Of a stretch of DNA of 64,000 nucleotides, positions 27,856 through 37,256 are shown piece after piece; position 1 is the first letter of the stretch, and the number at the start of each line of letters is the position of its first letter. The notes under the pieces were generated by a model. That model saw only the letters and a list, made by a program, of their open reading frames with translations, did no database searches and was not told the DNA's origin. Origin of the DNA: Balanoglossus misakiensis. Taxonomy: Eukaryota; Animalia; Hemichordata. Location: contig CM082598.2 in assembly GCA_040954595.2 (NCBI GenBank), positions 310,001 to 374,000 on the forward strand, in the 5' to 3' direction. Position numbers and translations under genes: made by a program.

Positions 27856-30800
27856 ATGGAGCCGGTGGATGTTCAGAAAATTTCCAAGTATCATATGTAT
27901 AATGGCGTCAAATATCCATGGCAGGTTCCCCTATCTTGTCTACAAATGATGGAGTCATTTGAAATTAGAGAGGATGACGTGTGGGTGTTGACGTACTCAA
28001 AGTCTGGTAATTTATGCTTTTCCACGATAGCTTCCAGGGCTTTGCAACCACGGGACCCCACGGAAACCATAATATCCAAAGACTGTATACACATGATGAC
28101 TGACAATGAGGGCAACAGTGTATTTTGATGACCGAGGGTGCTGCTAGTCACAACTAAAGCAGCCTTGTTTTCCCGAGGGCATAGCCCGAGGGAAAACAGA
28201 CTGTTTTGGTGTGACTGGCAGTCCCGAGGTCATTAAAAATACACTGTTGCCCGAATATGTCAGCCATGATGTGTTTTATAACACACCAAACCGATCGAAC
28301 TGATGCACCAGGCAACAGTTCGAAATGACTAAGGTCACGTGACGTCGTATTGACGAATCACGATCGAGGGTTCGCTGCATGGTGTGTTATAATATAAAAT
28401 GTCCAATGAATGGGCCAAAATTGGTCTGTATTTGTCGAGTTAGTGAAGTTCTTTCTACCACAGTTCACGCTGTGTATTGACTTTACGCTGACCTCTGGTT
28501 ACATGACCTCGGAAAGGTCGTACGTACGCAGAGAGCAGTTTTTGCAACTGAAGAACGTCTCTTTATGATCTGTGAATAACCAGCATTGGCTTTTCTAATC
28601 TTGTCATAGATGAGCGGGTGTTAAAAAGGTGTTCTTTGGTGCATTAGTGCGAACAACAATGAAGATAGTTGGTGGTGCTATAGGAAAGTGGCCATTAATC
28701 TGTCATTAGTTGTTGATCGCCGATCGCAAGACATTCTGGGGTGGGGGGGGGGGGGGGGTTCCACAGTATATGTAGTACCATAATAAACCCGATTCGTATC
28801 TCACTGGTATCCAAAGTACACAAACTTGTGGAGAAAATTAAATATTTATACAAAGGACGCAATGATGCAGTTTCTTCTGACTCCACACCATACTACAGAT
28901 GGAGGTGTGTTTGGATGAAATCTTTCTCTTGTTTCAAATACTGACAATCTCTCTGTCTTGATCGATCACAGGGACTACATGGATTTCTGACATTGTGAAC
29001 AAGATCCTCGTAAACAGTGGCATTCGCCAAGAAGACCCGTATGTTGACTGTGCACCCTACGTTGAATTCCAGTTGTACAGCCGGCCAAACCATGAAATGT
29101 TGGTTGAAGCGTCCTCACCGAGGGTCATCGGTTCCCATCTTTTACCACAGGCATTGCCGCCGCAGATATTTTCAAAGAAACCAAAAGTACGAATTTTACG
29201 TCTATGGCAAGTATGGCAAGCCAAACGTTGCAATATTCTTGAAAAACTATTTTCTTGTTGTATAATTTTATTTTTATTCTTCAATTTCACGCTTGCTTTG
29301 GTCAAATTATATTTAAGGGAATGGGTGGTTGGCACAGTTTTTAAGGGAATGGGTGGTTGGCACAGTTTTTAAGGGAATGGGTAAGTAGCACAGTTTTTTT
29401 ATCGGAATGGGTGAGTAGCACAGTTTTTAAGGGAATGGGTGAGTAGCACAGTTTTTAAGGGAATGGGTGAGTAGCACAGTTTTTAAGGGAATGGGTGGTT
29501 GGCACAGTTTTTAAGGGAACGGGTAAGTAGCACAGTTTTTAAGGGAATGGGTGAGTGGCACAGTTTTTAAGGGAACGGGTGAGTGGCACAGTTTTTAAGG
29601 GAACGGGTGAGTGGCACAGTTTTTAAGGGAACGGGTGAGTGGCACAGTTTTTAAGGGAACGGGTGAGTGGCACAGTTTTTAAGGGAACGGGTGAGTGGCA
29701 CAGTTTTTAAGGGAATGGGTGAGTGGCACAGTTTTTAAGGGAATGGGTGGTTGGCACAGTTTTTAAGGAAATGGGTGGTTGGCACAGTTTTTAAGGAAAT
29801 GGGTGAGTGGCACAGTTTTTAAGGGAATGGGTGAGTGGCACAGTTTTTAAGGGAACGGGTGAGTGGCACAGTTTTTAAGGGAATGGGTGAGTGGCACAGT
29901 TTTTAAGGAATGGGTGGTTGGCACAGTTTTTAAGGAAATGGGTGAGTGGCACAGTTTTTAAGGGAATGGGTGAGTGGCACAGTTTTTAAGGGAACGGGTG
30001 AGTGGCACAGTTTTTAAGGGAACGGGTGAGTGGCACAGTTTTTAAGGGAATGGGTGAGTGGCACAGTTTTTAAGGAATGGGTGGTTGGCACAGTTTTTAA
30101 GGAAATGGGTGAGTGGCACAGTTTTTAAGGGAATGGGTGAGTAGCACAGTTTTTAAGGGAATGGGTGAGTGGCACAGTTTTTAAGGGAATGGGTGCTTGG
30201 CACAGCTTTTAAGGGAATGGGTGAGTGGCACAGTTTTTAAGGGAATGGGTGCTTGGCACAGTTTTTAAGGGAATGGGTGAGTAGCACAGTTTTCAAGGAA
30301 ATGGGTGAGTGGCACAGTTTTTAAGGAAATGGGTGGTTGGCACAGTTTTTAAGGAAATGGGTGGTTGGCACAGTTTTTAAGGGAATGGGTGAGTAGCACA
30401 GTTTTCAAGGAAATGGGTGAGTGGCACAGTTTTTAAGGGAATGGGTGGTTGGCACAGTTTTTAAGGAAATGGGTGGTTGGCACAGTTTTTAAGGAAATGG
30501 GTGAGTGGCACAGTTTTTAAGGGAATGGGTGAGTGGCACAGTTTTTAAGGGAACGGGTGAGTGGCACAGTTTTTAAGGGAACGGGTGAGTGGCACAGTTT
30601 TTAAGGGAATGGGTGAGTGGCACAGTTTTTAAGGAATGGGTGGTTGGCACAGTTTTTAAGGAAATGGGTGAGTGGCACAGTTTTCAAGGAAATGGGTGAG
30701 TAGCACAGTTTTTAAGGGAATGGGTGAGTGGCACAGTTTTTAAGGGAATGGGTGCTTGGCACAGTTTTTAAGGGAATGGGTGAGTAGCACAGTTTTCAAG

Positions 30801-33237
30801 GAAATGGGTGAGTGGCACAGTTTTTAAGGGAATGGGTGGTTGGCACAGTTTTTAAGGGAATGGGTGCTTGGCACAGTTTTTAAGGGAATGGGTGAGTAGC
30901 ACAGTTTTCAAGGAAATGGGTGAGTGGCACAGTTTTTAAGGGAATGGGTGGTTGGCACAGTTTTTAAGGAAATGGGTGGTTGGCACAGTTTTTAAGGAAA
31001 TGGGTGAGTGGCACAGTTTTTAAGGGAATGGGTGAGTGGCACAGTTTTTAAGGGAACGGGTGAGTGGCACAGTTTTTAAGGGAACGGGTGAGTGGCACAG
31101 TTTTTAAGGGAATGGGTGAGTGGCACAGTTTTTAAGGAATGGGTGGTTGGCACAGTTTTTAAGGAAATGGGTGAGTGGCACAGTTTTTAAGGGAATGGGT
31201 GAGTAGCACAGTTTTTAAGGGAATGGGTGAGTGGCACAGTTTTTAAGGGAATGGGTGCTTGGCACAGCTTTTAAGGGAATGGGTGAGTGGCACAGTTTTT
31301 AAGGGAATGGGTGCTTGGCACAGTTTTTAAGGGAATGGGTGAGTAGCACAGTTTTCAAGGAAATGGGTGAGTGGCACAGTTTTTAATGAAATGGGTGAGT
31401 GGCACAGTTTTTAAGGAAATGGGTGAGTGGCACAGTTTTTTTTAACTTTGTCAGGTGACTACAATAGTTGACGCTGGTTGGTTATTCTGTAACTACAGAG
31501 ATGACCCCACAGTCCCAGAAGTATGGCGGCTATCTTGAGGGATCCATGGGCCGTAACCGTGTTTTTCGGTTGTCCGAGAGTTTTTACAACTTAAAAGTTT
31601 CATTTTACACTCGCTATTTCGTTAGATGGGGTGGGTTACAATATAAAGTCTATAGTCGTACATTTTTAACAAATAAACAAAAGTGAGGACAATGTAAACG
31701 TGATGGGGGCGCTAGTAACATAGCCGGACACCCCCATTTTGAATAGAACAATCTCTTCCGCAAAGGACTCTGGGATCAATGGCGGCCATTCCGTGGCCCG
31801 ATCCATGGACCGTGTTTTTCGGGTTGTCCGAGAGTTTTTACAACTTTAAAGTTTCATTTTACACTCGCTATTTCGTTAGATGGGGTGGGTTACAATATAA
31901 AGTCTATAGTCGTACATTTGTAAAAAATAAACAAAAGTGAGGAAAATGTAAACGTGTTGGGGGCGCTAGTAACATAGCCGGACACCCCCATTTTGAATAG
32001 AACAATCTCTTCCGCAAAGGACTCTGGGTTCAATGGCGGCCATTCTGTGGCCCGATCCATGGACCGTGTTTTTCGGGTTGTCCGACTATGGCAAGCCAAA
32101 CGTTGCAATATTCTTGAAAAACACCAACACTTATGTACATGTATGAAATGTAGTATTCGATTTTTTACTAAAACAAAATGGCGTCCATATTGGATGGGTG
32201 GCCATCTTGATCGCCTCGTTTTGGGTTTGCGTAACCATGGACATAAAAGCACGTAGCCCAGCCGAGTCCATAGAAAATGTCACCGGAGACGAACCAGATG
32301 TATTTTACATAATCGTACTGAAAAGAAAGATGTTTTATTCCAACTTTCAATAATGTAAACTCACTGTGTACTTTCCTGTCAATTGTAGGTCATCTATGTA
32401 GCCAGGAACCCAAAGGACATAGTGGCATCAAGTTTATATCACTATAAAATAATAAAGTGTGATACAGAGTATGATTCGATACAGAAAATCATGGACGCCA
32501 TCATGTCTGGATCAAGTATGATATTATTTTATTCACTCATACCCATGACACAGGACGATATTCCGTCACTTAACAGAACCTGAAGCGATTTATTGATCAC
32601 CGAAAATTATTAACCGCTCTTTTTTTCATTTGGAAAATCACAGTAGTCTATGGTGAATGGCATACCCATGTATTACACTGGTGGGACAAACGAAACGATG
32701 ACAATGTTCTGTTCCTGAAATATGAAGACATGAAAAAGGTAATTTGATAGTTTATTGTTCCAAACTCTTATGAGAATTCTGACGCCGTTTTTCACGCATA
32801 TTCACACCAAATGTTTCGTTTTGTTTCAGGATCTTCAGTCTACAGTCCATGCTGTCAATCAGTTTCTAGGTTATGACTTAGGAACTGAGTCTATATGCAA
32901 AATTACCGAGGAAACCACCATAGAAGCGACAAGGCAACGGGAAATTAAACCAAGAGACCCAAGATTAAAGGCATTTAACTTAGACACTAAGAAGTCGCCG
33001 TTTGTCAGAAAGGGTTAGTGCCTTACCTGTATTTGCCAAAATGCTACTGCTCTGTTGTTCTTTTAAAAAAGCATTGAAGACGAAACGAAAGATGGAAATT
33101 TTTTCTCTTTATATTTCACTGCAGGTGTTGTGGGAGATTGGAAGAATCATTTCACTGTGGCTCAAAATGAGGAATTCGACAAATGGTACAAAGAAGTCAT
33201 GAAGGAAACGGATTTAACTTTCAACTTCGAAGCATAA
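27856..33237 (+). CDS. Cytosolic PAPS-dependent sulfotransferase (SULT1-like), 6 coding exons, ~294 aa
   Basis: join(27856-28006,28972-29186,32389-32515,32644-32738,32830-33013,33125-33237); all introns GT-AG, 885 nt in frame. Motifs: TYSKSGTTW (5'-PSB loop), PRVIGSHL (catalytic His), YVARNPKD..S (3'-PB), LFLKYEDMKKD, RKGVVGDWKNHFTVAQNE (includes the KxxxTVxxxE dimer motif). Confidence 0.93.
28086..28392. mobile_element. Palindromic non-autonomous repeat (two adjacent hairpins) in sulfotransferase intron 1
   Basis: GGGCAACAGTGTATTTTGATGACC pairs with GGTCATTAAAAATACACTGTTGCCC around a central CCCGAGGGCATAGCCCGAGGG. A second inverted repeat is TTATAACACACCA (~28276) / TGGTGTGTTATAA (~28380). 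Confidence 0.6.
29312..31440. repeat. 28-bp G-rich minisatellite (~76 copies) in sulfotransferase intron 2
   Basis: Unit AAGGGAA(T/C)GGGTG(AG/GT/CT)T(G/A)GCACAGTTTTT; AAGGGA at 29315 and 29343. Confidence 0.97.
31549..32085 (-). mobile_element. Second copy of the 254-bp-repeat element (~2.1 units), inverted relative to 8775-9385
   Basis: GGGCCGTAACCGTGTTTTTCGGTTGTCCGAGAG... is the reverse complement of ~9355-9386. Internal period is 254. Confidence 0.8.
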
Positions 33238-33339
33238 AAATCTTCTACAAATGTTATAAAACTATTAAACGTGTCATCTATCATTATTCATTGTAGACAT
33301 AATGTGTACCATTGCTGGCTGTGCGAAGGGGGGCGGTTG

Positions 33340-33340
<1 letters not shown>

Positions 33341-33383
<43 letters not shown>
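33341..33383. repeat. (TGAT)n microsatellite
   Basis: About 10 perfect TGAT units between the sulfotransferase stop and the SNRPE promoter. Confidence 0.95.
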
Positions 33384-33478
33384 CCGGTTGTTTGATAGAC
33401 TTGCCGAAAAACATTATCAGATTGCGCCACTAACGATGTCGCCTTCGTATTCATTTGTCTTTCACCGCGGTAAGACAA

Positions 33479-33595
33479 TGCGCATGCGTTGACGCTCGCT
33501 TTGCGTGTGCCGCCATTTTGAAGCGTTAGTGAAAACACCACGTGAAACGACGACAAAGTTGAATTTGAGAAGACTAGGAAACCGCGAAGATGGCG
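33479..33595 (+). promoter_or_regulatory. SNRPE proximal promoter with NRF1-like and YY1-like motifs
   Basis: TGCGCATGCG at 33479-33488, GCCGCCATTTTG at ~33509-33520, and AAGATGGCG overlapping the start codon. CpG-rich, as expected of a housekeeping promoter. Motif matches only. Confidence 0.55.
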
Positions 33596-34961
33596 TACAA
33601 GGGACAGAAAGTACAGAAGGTTATGGTGCAGCCTATCGTATCCTTTATTTACTCACAGGTATTTTTAACACGGCTCAACGTACATTTCTGATCGGCCGAT
33701 TACCTGAGCTTCCGTGTCAACGTTGGGTTGACAATGGACGAGCGAGTGTGTACATACATGTACATGTACTGTCGTTTACAATCAACCAGTTTTGGTATTT
33801 TACGATGTGGGCACAAGTAGACCAGGTATTACAAAATGCAATGGGTGGTTGAGCAGTTACCGTTGGGTACATTGTAAGTTAGGAACGCCATTGTCGTTTA
33901 TGGCAGCTGAGTTAGCTCAATATGCATGTATGAACTATGATGTTGCAATGAACATGGTCAAAATAATTGATACATGTTGTACTTTTCCAATGTATAATGT
34001 ATTCATGTTTGTTTTGGTACATACAGTCCCAGAGGGACCATATTTTATGGAAACAATCCTCAAAAGAAAATACTGGTTATAAATTTTCCCTTTTCAGTCA
34101 GAATGATATTGATTAGTATATGTACATGTAATTTTAATTTCCTTGACCAGATCTGTCCAGAATCTCATTTTTAGGTATCTGCAAAGTGTAAGTAATATTA
34201 TCATATTTCATATGCATTTGTATGTCAGCGTGATTCATACATATTTTAATATTTGGCAAACACTAACACTGCTAACATTTGGCCAACTCTTTTCTTCTGT
34301 TTTTAGAGATCACGGATTCAAGTCTGGTTATATGAACAGGTCAACATGAGAATAGAAGGTCATATTATTGTAAGTATTTGATACTTTTGAAAGCCGAGAC
34401 TTCATCATTTATGTATATTGACTAAATACCCATGCCAGCCAGCATATCCCTTGGTAAAGATACTAGCATCTGTATAAGACATCTTCATGATCTTGGAGCT
34501 GTATGTAGCTGTTGCAAAGAATCACTGGAAATCATGATAGCAATAAGTCAGCATCTAGCTCCTGATTAAGTTAATTTTCTCTTATTAGGGATTTGATGAA
34601 TACATGAATCTAGTGTTAGAAGATTCAGAAGAAGTGCATATGAAAACCAAAACAAGAAAAACCCTGGGTAAGTTGACATCAAATTCGCTAAGTCAGGGGG
34701 GTAGAGGATTTGGACACCTCAGCGATTTTTTTTCTGCCACTTAAAGCAAATTTATTATCTTTTAATTGCCAGTCCAACCTATTTTACTAAGTAAGCACTA
34801 ATTTGCTGTCCTGGAAATTCTTTTGTAATTCTCAGTAAGAGTTCAACCACATCTATCCAGAAGATGCTGTCTGTCACATATCTCATTTTGTTTTTTCTTC
34901 CACAGGGCGCATTCTTCTCAAAGGAGACAACATAACGTTAATTCAAAATGTACAGAACTAG
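33590..34961 (+). CDS. SNRPE: Small nuclear ribonucleoprotein E (SmE), 5 coding exons, ~90 aa
   Basis: join(33590-33637,34161-34187,34307-34369,34589-34667,34906-34961) gives [90 protein letters not shown], recognisable SmE with Sm1/Sm2 motifs. The ORF track does not recover it. Confidence 0.97.
33638..34160 (+). other. U12-type (minor spliceosome) GT-AG intron
   Basis: 5' splice site GTATCCTTT at 33638. Branch site TTTCCTTGAC at 34138-34147, 13 nt before the exon, with no polypyrimidine tract between it and the CAG acceptor. Confidence 0.93.
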
Positions 34962-35056
34962 ACAACAGGTGCGGAAATGACCATCATAGTGGAACTGCTT
35001 ATTGTAGCATATTAATTTTTATATATACATGTACATGTACATCATTCCTGTCTTAA

Positions 35057-35148
35057 CACTTTCACCCCCAGTTCCCTCTTTTAAGTTTTGAAGTCCAAAC
35101 TTACCATAGAAAACAATGGGTTTGGAACGAACCATAGTGGTGAAAGGG
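35057..35148. mobile_element. piggyBac-like MITE (~92 bp) with TTAA target duplication
   Basis: TTAA|CACTTTCACC...GGTGAAAGGG|TTAA. Related copies at ~53790-53875, ~58790-58840 and ~59917-60002. Confidence 0.65.
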
Positions 35149-35273
35149 TTAACAGAGAAAAGACTTGGACAAGAAGATGTGTTTTTATAAACTGACTGTT
35201 ATCTGTTCTGCATCTAGTGAAATCCATCAGTGGGATTTATAAAAATCTAAATTCAGTTTTGCAAGAGTAATTA

Positions 35274-35452
35274 CTGTCAAACCTGTGTTAGTGACCACCT
35301 GTATAAAGTTGAAAATGGTCCATAGTTGCCACTTTGTTACAGTCCATGTGCAATTTACATTTGCGGTAATGAAGCAATGGGCTGGTCTATAAAGGACAGT
35401 GAGTTTATATTAGGAAAGTCTCTTGACTGGTCACTGTAGACAGGTTTGACTG
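35274..35452. mobile_element. Tc1/mariner (pogo/Tigger-like) MITE with TA target duplication
   Basis: TA|CTGTCAAACCTGT...ACAGGTTTGACTG|TA. A homologous copy lies at 62238-62403. Confidence 0.75.
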
Positions 35453-36002
35453 TATAGGAAACTAGGACAGTGAAGTTGGAGGTAAAAAAAACTGCCATCT
35501 TTTTAATTCATCTTCTCTGGTTTATTAATACTTTTTCAATTTGATTTCTGTATTTGTATGATGTGAACTTTTATGTTTATTTTGATTTCTGCGAAGTGAT
35601 CACAGCGTTAGAGATTTCATCCCTTCCGTAAAACCCCAAAATGCATTACGCGTGATGATATGGGAGTAACATTCAGAGAATTCTGTTGATATGTAAGTCT
35701 TTGGTATAAGATATTTATTTGGCCAAAAATTGGAAATTACATATTTTGTCACAAATCTGTCATTTTGCCTTCAGTACTTGAATGTTATTTGAAAATAGAC
35801 AAATTACATTTCAGTATACTCGAGTTAAATTTCATAAGTGCATGGTAAACTTTTTCACCAATGATCAACTTTTGTTTTCTTATTTCATTACCCCGTGTTG
35901 TACTGGGAAGTGTGTTTTCCTTTGATTACACATTCTGTGAAATAAAATGTTTCTTAAGAATTATTGGTTTTTAGTTTTGTTGCTTTCCTCTTACCAACTC
36001 CA

Positions 36003-36035
<33 letters not shown>
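36003..36035. repeat. Compound (CT)n(CA)n microsatellite
   Basis: A TC dinucleotide run followed directly by an AC run. Confidence 0.9.
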
Positions 36036-36036
<1 letters not shown>

Positions 36037-36479
36037 TTAAAGATATCATGAATATGAATCACACTATCTTGTTTTTTTATATTACAATTTTATTTGCTTA
36101 CAAAATTGTGCCTCTTTACAAAATTAGATCCAAACATCCATTAAATAAATACACCCTCCACATACCAAATCCATGTCCATCAATGAACAAAATTTGATGC
36201 AAGCTCTCTTATGAGTATCATTTTTCATTTGTTTTTATGAGCTAATGAAGTGTTAGCCACAACTTTGCATTGTATACTTTTGCACGTGGTTTAGTAATTG
36301 ACAATGTGCAATGCAAAAATGTTTTAATATTTTCGGCTTTTAGGATGTGTTTCGTGTAAGGTGTTCGACCCCTATTGCAATACTATATGCTGAAACAAAT
36401 AAGTCCATTTTCACTTTTTCTAGATTATGTTATTTATCAAACAGAAAAATTGTCAATTGCGTAGTTTTGCATGTTTTCC

Positions 36480-37256
36480 TTAGTCCTTAAGGGCCCTCTG
36501 TTTCAAGACCATCTGTTGTTTAATTCCATACCGACACCGACATACGCCCTCAGTGGCGAAGTAGATGATTTTCTTGTTTTCCTCAGGCTTAGTGTAAAAC
36601 CCATGGTCACTGGTCAAGATATCCCCTACGTCACCGGTAATAATGGTCAAAACATTGTTTTTGTCTTTCTTGTTTCTAATGGTTACTTGAATTTTTCCCT
36701 CGAATTTCGTCTCCACGATAAATTTGCCGTTATATTCCTCTTCCTCGATAAGTAGTTCCGCGATTGTTTCTGTCTGTTTTGGGATTGTTATTTTGGTGTC
36801 TACTGTCCACGTCAGTTCCTCGTCCAAGGTCTGTTCCTCGACGTTTTTTAAGGAAATCTCTTTGTTGAACCCGGCATTGGCTTGTATGACAGGATTAGGT
36901 GGCGACAGACTCACGCCTATGGAACCACCGATTGTGTAACCTTTATCGATAGTTATGGCGCAGGTGGAATGAGTCTTTCTTTCGGTTTTCAGCAAATTTT
37001 CTTGCTCGTTGTCTGTTCCGTTGGTGAAGGACGTCTTGAAAAGTACGTAGGCTGAAGGCACTTCGTCTGACGGCCCCTTTGAGGAGTACAGGGGTTTTCC
37101 GTGTAAGACGCGAAGTTTCTTCAAGTTTATATCCGTCGTGAGAATGCCGTCAAGATCGGCCAGCTTCTTGACGTCTGAGCCGGAATGTTTACTGACGAAC
37201 TTCGACGCCCAGATCTTGATCACTTCCATGATGTCGGTGACTTTGTCGCTTGACAT
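36480..37256 (-). CDS. Aerolysin/ETX-MTX2-family beta-pore-forming protein (LIN-24-like), 258 aa, single coding exon
   Basis: Intact ORF. LFKTSFTNGTDNEQE...TERKTHSTC, an amphipathic hairpin GYTIGGSIGVSLSPPNPVIQANAGFNKEIS, and EELTWTVDTKITIPKQTETIAELLIEEEEYNGKF fit the aerolysin-like pore-forming module. A splice acceptor TCTCTTTCAG lies 10 nt upstream of the ATG, implying a 5'UTR intron. Family recognised by eye. Confidence 0.8.
   Translation of the reverse strand: MSSDKVTDIMEVIKIWASKFVSKHSGSDVKKLADLDGILTTDINLKKLRVLHGKPLYSSKGPSDEVPSAYVLFKTSFTNGTDNEQENLLKTERKTHSTCAITIDKGYTIGGSIGVSLSPPNPVIQANAGFNKEISLKNVEEQTLDEELTWTVDTKITIPKQTETIAELLIEEEEYNGKFIVETKFEGKIQVTIRNKKDKNNVLTIITGDVGDILTSDHGFYTKPEENKKIIYFATEGVCRCRYGIKQQMVLKQRALKD

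Noticed and set aside
31617-31633. CENP-B-box-like TTTCGTTAGATGGGGTG
   Set aside because: It lacks the essential CGGG (7 of 9 core positions), so it may be chance.
31468-32256. Short ORFs over the 254-bp repeats
   Set aside because: No recognisable motifs, and the frames are not conserved between units.
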